A stretch of DNA of 64,000 nt, from IMG/VR virus record IMGVR_UViG_3300032007_000014; one strand, given 5' to 3'. The translations under genes and the position numbers were made by a program. Positions 9,709 through 19,865 of this stretch are shown in pieces. The notes beneath the pieces are model-generated. The model was given only the letters and a program-made list of their open reading frames with translations. It ran no database searches and was not told where the DNA came from. The first letter of the stretch is position 1, and each line of letters starts with the position of its first letter. The DNA comes from a virus. Lineage: Duplodnaviria; Caudoviricetes.

Positions 9709-12207
9709 TCAGTACCCGTCACCACCACCGTCAGATGGAGGTTGGACTTCACCCTTATGCAACTTCGCCATATTCTCGATACGACGTTTTGCATTCAACA
9801 GGAATGTAACATTCTGGAGGATGTCATCCGTGAGTGCTTCATCCGTTGTTGGGATAGATGCAATCTCATGGAATCCGACCTTTCCAAGGAAATCTCTCAG
9901 AATGTTTCCAACAATGACAGCACGCAGTGATGCAAGATAACTACTCGCATCTGAATCACCTGCTGCAATATCATCCGGGAAGATCTTCTCAACGAGATTC
10001 TGCACGGAATCCATATAAGCATTGATTTCTTCATGCTGTGCCTTGGAAATAGCCACATTCGGAGTCGGAAGATTGACTTCGATAGCAGCGACCACTTCAG
10101 CCAACTTTGCATTGGTTGAATTGTTGGATTGGTCTGCTTCAGGCGGTGCATTGTCTTTGACAGACTTGTCAAGACCGGTGCCTTGATCACGCAAAATCTT
10201 CTTGATTTCTTCAAGCAAACCGTGGTGAGCGCACACATAATTGGTGGCAAATTTCTTATTGAACGGTTTGATAGTGTTCTGCCATTTCCTGACAGAATTT
10301 GAGAAGAACAAGTTCGATTGTGCGACAGATCTTGAATACTCGGTTTCACCGAGCTGGTTCAGTGCGGATGGAGGAACCAACAAACCAAGTCCTGCCATGT
10401 TGTTGAGTAACTCAAGCAACTCCGTATCCGGAGCGGAAGAATTACCATAACGAGAATCCACATTCACGGACAAATCATCCGTTGTTCCAGCAATAGCTTT
10501 CGGTGTGATTGTCACATGTTGATTGAGAATGGATTCTGCCGCGATGGAGGGATTGGTTGTGAATGATGGTGCGTATTTGGTGAGGAATGCACGACGAACA
10601 TTCTCAAGAGTTTCCAATGGATTCTTGTTCTGTTCATCGATATTGACTTCAATGGTACGATGCTTGGTTGCATTGTCGACAGCAGCCATAACCTTGGCAA
10701 TTGTCAACGTTGTACGCAGAGCAAGGATGAAATCAATATCCTCAAGGAAGGTCTTTCCTGTACCATCGTCACGATGATCAAAACGATAGTACACCATCAT
10801 GGGTTCTGGAACGAACACAAGACGAACTTTTGTCTTGGCGAGCAAGTTGAAGAAGATGCTCTTGCCCACCGCATTGTGAAGTTCCACATTCAGTCCGGTC
10901 AGACCTTCTTCTTTCAATTTCGATGAAAGAAGTTTGTTCACCGCGACTGCAAACACCTGAGATATGGCTTCAACAGTCTGTGCTTGATTCATACTGGACT
11001 TCATATCGAAAGTCTGCATGATTTGGTTGCCGTACATAGAACGTGCAGCATTATAAGCCATACGTTCCACACCACCACCAAGTCCTCCATTGAAAGCATA
11101 TTCTCCTTGAGCAGGCTGACCATTCTCATCAATGACCACCCAGTAACCAATGTGGTTGGTCACGTCTCTTGGAGTGCAAACAGGAATGACTGCATCAGAT
11201 GGAATCTCAAGAACAATAGGCATATCACCTTTATCAACATCAATGACATCGGAAATGGTGAACACACCAAGATTGCTCCGTCGTTCTTGCGAACCAGGAA
11301 CGAATCCATCGAATTGTTTGGCGGCTTCTTTCGCCAATTTGGTGATGCGTCTCTCTTGTGCTTCTTTTGCTTTGGTGAGGTACTTGAGATTCTTGGTGAC
11401 TGTAATGCACTGATTGCCAGTACTCAAGATGTCGAAGTTGTGTTTCACCAGATCATTGACCATCTTGGTTCTGTCCTGATCAGACATGGATTCAAAACCC
11501 ATGTGTTCAACCAAGGATTCAACTGCAGTTGTCACATCTTCACCGCAGATAAGATTCTTCAGTGATTCGTTCGACTCGTACAGAACCTCAACACTTGCAT
11601 CGGATTTGGAATCACCAAACAATTCAGCAGCGGTTGGATCGAATGTGTCAGCAACTTCATTGAGAACGTCAACTTGTTTCTTTGGAAGAACAATGATGGG
11701 TCTCGCGCCTTCTTCGAAACCAGTGATCTCCAACCATCTCGTAAGTTTTGGACCAAGATGGAATACATCATTGAAGTGATCGTTCAGCAATGCGGAAATC
11801 TTGGTATTGATGTCATCTGACAGCGTTGGAACATCAACGGATACCGACACAAGATCAGTCTGCATGTCAGTAGGACTGATGATCGAAGAGATGATGATCT
11901 GTTCCGCTTGTTTGATTTCAGGAGCAATGATCTTGATGTTTTTCAGATGTTCAATCGTCTGTCTCGTACTGGATGACACAGATTGAAGATAGGAGAGAAT
12001 GTTTTCTGGTTTCCACTGCGGATTGACTTGTTCTTGTTTGCTCAATCCAGGCATGTGGTGGAGTTCTTGAGTGGTGTACATTCCATAATGGATATTCTGT
12101 TTCGGAAGTCCATTTGGTTTGTTGGAAATCGCTCGAGAATTCGTGATACCGAAGAACTGCATAATGCGCCCAACGGTACGTTTTGTCAAATTATCGCCGT
12201 CTGCCAT
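9709..12207 (-). CDS. Portal protein (phiKZ gp129-like)
   Basis: 832 aa; APEIKQAEQIIISSIISPTD, IGYWVVIDENGQP and DGTGKTFLE segments; divergent from the gp128/gp127-like pair. Confidence 0.7.
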   Translation of the reverse strand: MADGDNLTKRTVGRIMQFFGITNSRAISNKPNGLPKQNIHYGMYTTQELHHMPGLSKQEQVNPQWKPENILSYLQSVSSSTRQTIEHLKNIKIIAPEIKQAEQIIISSIISPTDMQTDLVSVSVDVPTLSDDINTKISALLNDHFNDVFHLGPKLTRWLEITGFEEGARPIIVLPKKQVDVLNEVADTFDPTAAELFGDSKSDASVEVLYESNESLKNLICGEDVTTAVESLVEHMGFESMSDQDRTKMVNDLVKHNFDILSTGNQCITVTKNLKYLTKAKEAQERRITKLAKEAAKQFDGFVPGSQERRSNLGVFTISDVIDVDKGDMPIVLEIPSDAVIPVCTPRDVTNHIGYWVVIDENGQPAQGEYAFNGGLGGGVERMAYNAARSMYGNQIMQTFDMKSSMNQAQTVEAISQVFAVAVNKLLSSKLKEEGLTGLNVELHNAVGKSIFFNLLAKTKVRLVFVPEPMMVYYRFDHRDDGTGKTFLEDIDFILALRTTLTIAKVMAAVDNATKHRTIEVNIDEQNKNPLETLENVRRAFLTKYAPSFTTNPSIAAESILNQHVTITPKAIAGTTDDLSVNVDSRYGNSSAPDTELLELLNNMAGLGLLVPPSALNQLGETEYSRSVAQSNLFFSNSVRKWQNTIKPFNKKFATNYVCAHHGLLEEIKKILRDQGTGLDKSVKDNAPPEADQSNNSTNAKLAEVVAAIEVNLPTPNVAISKAQHEEINAYMDSVQNLVEKIFPDDIAAGDSDASSYLASLRAVIVGNILRDFLGKVGFHEIASIPTTDEALTDDILQNVTFLLNAKRRIENMAKLHKGEVQPPSDGGGDGY

Positions 12208-12254
12208 GATATGTTAATCCTTTAAGTTAAGTTAATTTCAAAAGGAACGTTCAC

Positions 12255-15200
12255 ATGCTTCTTAGTCGAATTGCCAATAAGGAGATCATAAACTTCCTAC
12301 AGACAGTGACGATCAAGAACAAATACTTTGCTCAGCAAATGCTTGAGCTCAAAGTAAAAGACAATGTTCAAGATTTCCTGCCGGAAGAATACAATCCTTA
12401 CTACCGCCATCTCAATGGTGAGTACATTCTCGACGAAAGAACGGCTGAACTTACACATTCTGTTGTCAATCCAACAACTGGGTTGGCAGAAACACAGACA
12501 ATCGCAGCGCATGTTAAGATCGGTGACGATGTTATCATGTGTAACAGTGAAGTGTACAAGCCGGATCATTTCGATGAGCTTATGTACATCACGTCTCTCG
12601 ATACGCAAACGACAATTCCGTTCACAAAGGAAAACCTTCATGCGGAATATGCGCTTGCAGCAGGGAGACCTGAGTCAAGCGTTCATAAGAAGACTCTCGC
12701 GAACTATAGACTTCCGAGCAGATATTACACTCTGCTCTGTGAGAAATATCCTTCGCAAGTCGATCTTATTAAGGCTATAGTATATCCAATCCCCAGTAAA
12801 TCGGCGGCTATTTCCGCCGATAATTACACTGCTTTGTCGTATGACGACACATTGCTGAATGACAATGAGAGAGTTTCTCTTGTCTCCAGAATGAAGGGAT
12901 TGCTCGATGTCATTAGATATCGATGGGATGTAAAGGAATATGCCTTCGAAGAGCATTACCCAATGGTTGTGTGGGGAATGATTTGGAATCTCCTGATCAC
13001 TCATTTGAGAGCACAGAGATTCATCAATATCCGCACACCGAACGCGCACCCACTTCATATTTGGGAGTATCTCAACTCTCATGGATTGGGTGAGTATCGT
13101 GGTTATCTCTCATCGACACAGGAGATGTTCCTCTACAGAAACCTCAGATATATTCTCGCCAATAGAGGAAAACAAAGCACTCTTAATATTCTCATTGATG
13201 AACTTCTCAATGAGAGTGGAATTGATCTGAAAGCAAAGACAATTGTTCTCGATACATCCAGAGTTCTGGATGGTGAGACAGTTGCTGGTAGCGCAGGATC
13301 TCAATGCGCAAATTGCTCACGACGTGTTGTCTGTAACAAGAAGATTACCTCTTATACTTGTCCGGACTACATCGGTCTTGACGATATGTGCAAACCTGTT
13401 CCTGTTGTACTCACAGAAGAATTTGCTGGAAGTAACAAACTTAAAATCTATGATATTCTTCAATCTGACTACGGATACTCCTACGATGAAGCTGTTGAGA
13501 AATACAACAGATCATTCCTGTGGAGAGACAAGGAAATTGAAGAGATCAAAGAACGTCTCGATAGAGATCAAGTTGTTGACGTATCTGCAGAAACAGAAAG
13601 TCTGGACAACTTGATTGCACGCGAACATCGAGAAGGTTTGGAACCTGAGTACAACAGCGATGTTGTTGAAGAACAATTCAATACACTTCGTCACATTCCT
13701 GCAACTTGGTTACCAACCAAGCTTCTTGAAATGCAGAAGATCTCATTCAATCCGAAGTATTTCGAATTGATGAATCAGTTTGTGACGCACACTCTGTTGC
13801 GTCTTGCATCAAAACGTAGGTGTAATATCACCTATCGTTTCAAAGTGACTGACGAATCCGCTGAATCTGTTCTCGGATTCAACGAAATGCTCGCATCTCT
13901 GTATCTCGGCACACTTCGTGCAAACAATGCAATCTTGATCAGAGATGATGTCAAACCACCTCTTGTCAATTGGAGCAACAGACAAAGCAACAACCTTTGT
14001 GCATTGTGTGAAAACAATTGTGCGATCGCAACTGTTGACTCTACTGGTGCAACCAATTACGAAGTGGCTATTCCAAACAAAGCGTTCGTCAACAGATCGT
14101 TCAAGTTTGGAAAACCTGTCACACAAGAAGCACTTGAGAAGAGTGTGATGTTTGAGATGTCTGAGGATGATCTTGCAACTCTCGATGAACTCGGATATCC
14201 GAACAAATATCTCTTCGAGTTCAACAACACTTTGTATATATCAGAGAAGGTTGAACGAACCGATGAAACCGATCAGTGTGCGACATGTTCTCGTAAGAAC
14301 TATTGTTCAAAACAACTGACAACACTCTGTGATGAATATAAGTCAACAGCTCGTGTTCTCACAAGTGTCGAGAAAGCAATCGGTACAGATGGAACTATCA
14401 ATTACGCTGTTATGAATGACGGTGATGAAATTGCTGTCATTCCAACGTACTTCAAGTGGCATAACAAACACCTGTATGCTGAGAATGCAACAAGTGATTC
14501 AATTCATGCTGTTGAGATACGTGAACGTCAAGTATACAGTTTGAATGATGGTTCAGAAGCTATCTTTGGATCGCTCTACATGTTCTACGACGATGCTCTG
14601 CAAGATGAAGGTCAAGTTTACAAGATCAGTTCATTTGTGGACGTCGACGAGATCATAGAGAAGTATACTCCGATCATAAGGACAATCACTTCTCAAGAGG
14701 ATCTGGGTGCATATCTGTACAACATGTTCGATCTGATCAGATCGATGCAACAATACGTTCTTGGTTCTGGTGATACATTGGTTCACCTTGCCATGAGAGA
14801 AGTGTTGATATCTCTGCTTTACGGTGGAAGAATCAACATGGATCTTGTAACAACTCCCAAGAACTCAGTCACAGCGGATGGGAGTATTGTTGCAACGTAC
14901 AGTGATTGGCTTGCATCAAACAAAGACTCATTGTTAGTCTTTAGATCTCTCGACAATATGGCTGATTCCAGAACAGCTTGGAATGAATACACCAATGTCA
15001 TTCTTGATGAATTGCTTGCTCAGAGCAACCTCCCATATACAGAGACAAGCAATGACAGTATCAAATACGCCAAGCTTAAGGAATTGGTTGTCAGACTGAG
15101 CAGTTACAACATCAACATCATTGACACGAACAATGATGCAACAGCGTGTGTTACGTTCGTTCCAGTTACGAACAATGACACTGATCGTGTTGTGACATTG

Positions 15201-15671
15201 ACACATCCTGTATTTGTCGATATTCCATGTCCTGAAGTCAAACGTCCGTATGCAGCACATGCTTCTATTACAGAAGCAGTGAACATCGATACCGACACTC
15301 CATATCAAGTATCCTATTTCAAAGGAAAATGGTACGAGAGAGCAGGTACATTGGAAGAGTACTACGAGACTCTCCCAGCATCGGAAGCTGATTACGATTC
15401 CATCACATATGACGAACACCGCAATGTCACATCCTACACAAAGAAAGTCCTCAAGACAAGAGTTGTGTGGGAGGATTGGACTGAACTCGTTCCTCAGACT
15501 GAAGAACAGGATGCCAATCTCAAAGAACGTGTTATTGGTTCGTACTATGAGATCGAAACTGGACATGACGAACATTTCTACGCCGTCGCACAGGAGAATG
15601 TTGGAAAGAACGAAATCATCCTGTTTGACAATGAAAACAAAATCATAGCAGAGGAAGATAACAATGAGTGA
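12255..15671 (+). CDS. Large virion/baseplate protein (phiKZ gp128-like) with Cys-rich insertions
   Basis: 1138 aa; YYRHLNGEY, MYITSLDT..IPFTKENL and FLYRNLRYILANRGKQST segments. Confidence 0.65.
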   Translation: MLLSRIANKEIINFLQTVTIKNKYFAQQMLELKVKDNVQDFLPEEYNPYYRHLNGEYILDERTAELTHSVVNPTTGLAETQTIAAHVKIGDDVIMCNSEVYKPDHFDELMYITSLDTQTTIPFTKENLHAEYALAAGRPESSVHKKTLANYRLPSRYYTLLCEKYPSQVDLIKAIVYPIPSKSAAISADNYTALSYDDTLLNDNERVSLVSRMKGLLDVIRYRWDVKEYAFEEHYPMVVWGMIWNLLITHLRAQRFINIRTPNAHPLHIWEYLNSHGLGEYRGYLSSTQEMFLYRNLRYILANRGKQSTLNILIDELLNESGIDLKAKTIVLDTSRVLDGETVAGSAGSQCANCSRRVVCNKKITSYTCPDYIGLDDMCKPVPVVLTEEFAGSNKLKIYDILQSDYGYSYDEAVEKYNRSFLWRDKEIEEIKERLDRDQVVDVSAETESLDNLIAREHREGLEPEYNSDVVEEQFNTLRHIPATWLPTKLLEMQKISFNPKYFELMNQFVTHTLLRLASKRRCNITYRFKVTDESAESVLGFNEMLASLYLGTLRANNAILIRDDVKPPLVNWSNRQSNNLCALCENNCAIATVDSTGATNYEVAIPNKAFVNRSFKFGKPVTQEALEKSVMFEMSEDDLATLDELGYPNKYLFEFNNTLYISEKVERTDETDQCATCSRKNYCSKQLTTLCDEYKSTARVLTSVEKAIGTDGTINYAVMNDGDEIAVIPTYFKWHNKHLYAENATSDSIHAVEIRERQVYSLNDGSEAIFGSLYMFYDDALQDEGQVYKISSFVDVDEIIEKYTPIIRTITSQEDLGAYLYNMFDLIRSMQQYVLGSGDTLVHLAMREVLISLLYGGRINMDLVTTPKNSVTADGSIVATYSDWLASNKDSLLVFRSLDNMADSRTAWNEYTNVILDELLAQSNLPYTETSNDSIKYAKLKELVVRLSSYNINIIDTNNDATACVTFVPVTNNDTDRVVTLTHPVFVDIPCPEVKRPYAAHASITEAVNIDTDTPYQVSYFKGKWYERAGTLEEYYETLPASEADYDSITYDEHRNVTSYTKKVLKTRVVWEDWTELVPQTEEQDANLKERVIGSYYEIETGHDEHFYAVAQENVGKNEIILFDNENKIIAEEDNNE

Positions 15672-16488
15672 CACTGCTTTTCGTACAAGTATCAGTGTCC
15701 CGACACTGCTTGGTGTTATCAATCAGTTCCACGGGATCATGAACTTGTCGTACACGTATCGCCCCGACACCACAATCAACAAGAAACGTGGTGTATTCGC
15801 GGGCATACAGCCAACAAGAATCCCTGTTTGCAAATATTTCGGAATTGGTATCCGTGGATTTGCAAACATCTCATCGCAGGACAACCTGGCGCAGCCGTAC
15901 TACCCGTCTCCTGAAAACCAGGACCTGTACGAACCAATTCCTTTCAGGTGTGTTCCTGAAAGACTGTCCTCTACTGAGGAAGCGAAATACCGCATCCGCA
16001 CGACAGCCACCATCAATGGTCAGACGTATTACCAGTACTGGCTGAAGTGTATCGAGTTCGAGGACAGTTCTGTCAGAACCACACAGATTGACGGAGAAGG
16101 TCGTGAGATTCCTTACGTCATCGACTCCAACAATCTGAATCCAGTTCCTTCTCTTGCCAACAGCAGTGATGTTCTCAATGGTACAACTTCACGTATCGTT
16201 GCATCAGTTGTCGGCATCTGCGAAGTCACTGGAAAGGAAGTGGTTGAAGTGATCAACGCCATGTATGGTGGCGATCTCCGCAAAGCACGCATCAGTGAAT
16301 TCGGTGTGTACTCTGGTGAGGATTATGGTGTCACTGCAGAGGCAGACCCTGACGGCATCCCTTACACGGAAGCAGTTTATGTCCAGCTTGCTTCTCACAG
16401 ATGCACACTCGGAACTGATCTGAGCAATGAGTCTACCGTTCTTCGTGAACGCAAAGTGTTCGAGAACGGTTCTTGTGTTGTTCTGTAA
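15664..16488 (+). CDS. Virion structural protein (phiKZ gp127-like)
   Basis: 274 aa overlapping the upstream gene; KYFGIG, LYEPIPF and ISEFGVYSGED segments. Confidence 0.6.
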   Translation: MSDTAFRTSISVPTLLGVINQFHGIMNLSYTYRPDTTINKKRGVFAGIQPTRIPVCKYFGIGIRGFANISSQDNLAQPYYPSPENQDLYEPIPFRCVPERLSSTEEAKYRIRTTATINGQTYYQYWLKCIEFEDSSVRTTQIDGEGREIPYVIDSNNLNPVPSLANSSDVLNGTTSRIVASVVGICEVTGKEVVEVINAMYGGDLRKARISEFGVYSGEDYGVTAEADPDGIPYTEAVYVQLASHRCTLGTDLSNESTVLRERKVFENGSCVVL

Positions 16489-16514
16489 GGAACAAACAAA
16501 AAATAAAGAAAGAT

Positions 16515-16547
16515 CCTAAGGTGGGGCTAGCCTTGCCCCACCTTAGG
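16515..16547. terminator. Bidirectional terminator
   Basis: cctaaggtgggg...ccccaccttagg stem with A-rich left and T-rich right flanks between convergent genes. Confidence 0.8.
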
Positions 16548-16559
16548 TTATTCTTTATT

Positions 16560-18251
16560 TTACCAGAACCGGCAATTGCCAGTCCAGATTCCTTGATCAG
16601 TTCCGATCCCGAAAAACACTTTGGTTGTGATCTCATCGTTCTCGAACAGCAGCGAATGCGTTGCACTCTGGAAGAACTTGTTGTCCATCTGCATGAAGAC
16701 ATGCATGGTTTCGAACAAGAAATACGAGAGGTCATTCATTGCCTTCTTGTAATACCGAGGATTCACTCTTCCTGCGTCGTCATAGAAGATAGCTTGTCCC
16801 GGATCAAGACTCGAGAATGTCACAACTTTCGGATGGAACATGACAGTGTATCTCGACACGAGTTCGCCGATGGCGACTTCATAGTCGGTCTTCGCCTGCT
16901 GTGCTCTCTTCGAGGGAGAGCCATTGACATGTTCTTTGGATGTCATGAACAGTTTGATGATATCAGGAACCGCGGCGTAGTTCACATCATCTTTCGTGAT
17001 GTATCTCGGACACATCTTGAAATAAGTTTCCAGATATTCGAGAGATACTTTCGGATCGATGATGTACTTCTTGAGATTCTCGATATACTGCGTGATGGCT
17101 TTCGCAACGATCACATTCAGATATTCATCGAACGAAGTGATTTCGTTGAAATCCTTCAATGTTGCGGCATCAAAGATGTTGGACCTTGCGGCCATATCTT
17201 CGATGATTCGGATGTTGTTGATATCCGCCATCGGAATCGTGTGCTTCTCATCACAGAGTTCGCCACAATTCATGTGTGAGTTGAACTCTTCGATCAAGAA
17301 CTTGAGGAACTCTCTGTTCAGTCCACTCGAATGTTTGTCGAGGATCTTGACAAGGGCACCGATGTTTCCGATACCTTTGCCTTTTCCAAGAATTCCTGTG
17401 GAGGTTCCGAGTTCTCTCGTGAACTCGTCCGCAAGATCTTGTACCTCTTTCATTCCGACTTCGAGCAGGACTGGTTCGAGATATCCAACACTGATCGTGT
17501 AGGAATCCACGTTCCTGAAGATACCAGGAATTGTCCGTATGGATTTCACAATCTCATCCGGATTCTGATACTTCAACGAAGACTCAACTGCGATCAGATG
17601 CAGATGGCGTTTGCCGTTCGAACGACGTGCATATTTTGCAGACACGTTCAATGTTCCGTTCTGAGAGAAGACTTTCTTCAAGTCATCGCTCTCCCATTCA
17701 GGCGGCGCCCAATCTTTGGATCCGACAGGTGCTTGTTTCTGAACGACAGGTTCCTGTTTCACTGCTGGTTGCTGTGGCTGGAACGCCGGTTGTGGTTGTC
17801 CGACAGGTTGCGGTGTCTGATTCAACATTGATGCATAGTCATTTCCAGTCCCGAGAAGAGTCTGGTTGTATCCACCTCCGTTGAATATGGATCCGCCACC
17901 ACCCATTGGCATCTGCGCACCATACATCCCCATGCCACCTCCGGTGAACATTGAAGATTGCATCATTGGATTCTGCATCATCATGGGCTGTTGCATATAC
18001 CCACCACTGCGGAGTCTCGAGATCTGTTTCGCAATGAAGTTGTTTTGCAGATCACTGATGATCTGTTGTTCAGTCAACTGCGGATACCGCAGAAGTGCTT
18101 GAACGTACACTTGCTTCAATTGCGGATAATTCGAAGTGACGATGTTGTACTCCTGCTGCGTTATCATCCCGCGCTGAAGCATGGATGTTATCACAGTAGG
18201 AAAGTTCCGTTCCACCGCTTGCATATACGGTGTGTTGTTGATGTCCACCAT
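16560..18251 (-). CDS. Hypothetical protein with a Q/M/G/P-rich low-complexity linker
   Basis: 563 aa, AGGAGG RBS; downstream of the nvRNAP beta gene. Confidence 0.75.
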   Translation of the reverse strand: MVDINNTPYMQAVERNFPTVITSMLQRGMITQQEYNIVTSNYPQLKQVYVQALLRYPQLTEQQIISDLQNNFIAKQISRLRSGGYMQQPMMMQNPMMQSSMFTGGGMGMYGAQMPMGGGGSIFNGGGYNQTLLGTGNDYASMLNQTPQPVGQPQPAFQPQQPAVKQEPVVQKQAPVGSKDWAPPEWESDDLKKVFSQNGTLNVSAKYARRSNGKRHLHLIAVESSLKYQNPDEIVKSIRTIPGIFRNVDSYTISVGYLEPVLLEVGMKEVQDLADEFTRELGTSTGILGKGKGIGNIGALVKILDKHSSGLNREFLKFLIEEFNSHMNCGELCDEKHTIPMADINNIRIIEDMAARSNIFDAATLKDFNEITSFDEYLNVIVAKAITQYIENLKKYIIDPKVSLEYLETYFKMCPRYITKDDVNYAAVPDIIKLFMTSKEHVNGSPSKRAQQAKTDYEVAIGELVSRYTVMFHPKVVTFSSLDPGQAIFYDDAGRVNPRYYKKAMNDLSYFLFETMHVFMQMDNKFFQSATHSLLFENDEITTKVFFGIGTDQGIWTGNCRFW

Positions 18252-18308
18252 GTATTGACCTCCTGTTTATCAATTATGGTTGTTCAATGATTCTGTGTGA
18301 AGGACGAG

Positions 18309-19865
18309 TTAGTCAAAAACGTCCTTGATTTCATCCGCGAAAGGCGGAGGAATAATGTTTCCATCTTCATCAATCTCGCAGAACGGATTCATGGAACCTG
18401 TTACAACGGGAGACGATGAAGGAATGTCAGTGATCGAAGTCACAATCAACTGACTTGGGTGTGCCTTGATGAGTCGTGCAGAAACCTTGGTAGATTTCTT
18501 TCCAGCTCTCACTGCTTCTGTTTCAATGGACTCCAGAGATATGAATCTCTTCAATCCAATTGCAAGAAGCCAATTGTCATTGTACAATGACGGGTTCGGA
18601 CGGAAGACTTGCGTCTTACCGATCCACGTGGCTTGTTGAGATGCGGATCGACAGAATGTCGATACTGCTTTCTGCGTCAACTTCTCCTGTTTCGAATTGA
18701 TGACGTTATACTGTCTGTGAGCAATGTCACGAACAATACTCGACATCAACTGATCAAGAGATCCGATCTTCTTGTTGTACAGATTAGTCGGATCGTACGT
18801 CACAATCAGATCGTCAATGTTGTAGAACATCCAGTACAACAGATCATAAATATCATTGACTGGAATGCCGATGTGTTCGAGTTGTTGCTTCGCAACCAGA
18901 TCGAGAAGAGGATCAGTCATTCTCAGATGCTTGTTTGCATTGTTGCAGAGCAACTTGTTCAAAGAATCCGCTGCACCGATATAACGTCCGAGTGTGGTCT
19001 TGTAATAATTCCCATCATCAGACATCACATCCGCTGGCGTAAACATTGTGTTCTCATTGAGGATCTTGATCATAGAAAGAACAACCCTGCGCTTATACAT
19101 GTCCTTCATGGACTCTTTGTTGATGCGCAAAAATGCTCCATTCTTTGTTTCAAAATACTCGTTCACCTGGTCAGCTGGATCATACTCATTCGTAATGATC
19201 AGCTCACCTGGTTCAAAATGATACCATGAAAGAGTTCCATGGAATCCTCTCTTACAGAAATGATACAGGATGAGCGGAATACGTTCGCTCTTCTTCCCTG
19301 CTCTCGAACCTTGATAGATCTTGGCTGTCACGATCAAATCCCAATAGAGTTGACCAGACATACCTTTCACTTTCATCTTGTCAGATTCACGACGACCGAA
19401 TGTCATCGGAACTCGCATGACTTTGACGATGACAGATCCATTATCGGTTCTGTTGATACCACCTTTTTCCACAATCGGAAATTGCGGGAAATACTCCGTG
19501 TCGTTATACACAACACGGTCGTGGTGGAGATAAGGAATATGAATGTGGATATAATGACTGACACCTTCGAAAGAGAATTCATATCTCATCAGTGTCACTT
19601 CCGACTTTCTGATCGGTATGCCGCCTTTCAGAATCGGATTGCTGATGATATACTCGATCCTTTCAAGAGGATCCAATTCTCGATACCCGATATACTGCAT
19701 CTGGTTATCGAAGAACTGCATGCTTTGACGAAAACACTTGTCCAGATAGGCAGGAATTTCCGCAATTTTTCTCTTCCTGAAATCGTAAATCAAATCGTCG
19801 TTGAATGGACGCATGTCCTCAGCGACTCCCTTCATTATTCTTTGCCACATGTCAACTCCTGTCAT
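18309..19865 (-). CDS. Non-virion RNA polymerase beta subunit, N-terminal part (phiKZ gp123-like)
   Basis: 518 aa; YLDKCFR...YIGYR, FSFEG...IHIPY and C-terminal HPSQL...PSSSP...GSMNPF..ID segments of split phage beta subunits. Confidence 0.75.
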   Translation of the reverse strand: MTGVDMWQRIMKGVAEDMRPFNDDLIYDFRKRKIAEIPAYLDKCFRQSMQFFDNQMQYIGYRELDPLERIEYIISNPILKGGIPIRKSEVTLMRYEFSFEGVSHYIHIHIPYLHHDRVVYNDTEYFPQFPIVEKGGINRTDNGSVIVKVMRVPMTFGRRESDKMKVKGMSGQLYWDLIVTAKIYQGSRAGKKSERIPLILYHFCKRGFHGTLSWYHFEPGELIITNEYDPADQVNEYFETKNGAFLRINKESMKDMYKRRVVLSMIKILNENTMFTPADVMSDDGNYYKTTLGRYIGAADSLNKLLCNNANKHLRMTDPLLDLVAKQQLEHIGIPVNDIYDLLYWMFYNIDDLIVTYDPTNLYNKKIGSLDQLMSSIVRDIAHRQYNVINSKQEKLTQKAVSTFCRSASQQATWIGKTQVFRPNPSLYNDNWLLAIGLKRFISLESIETEAVRAGKKSTKVSARLIKAHPSQLIVTSITDIPSSSPVVTGSMNPFCEIDEDGNIIPPPFADEIKDVFD

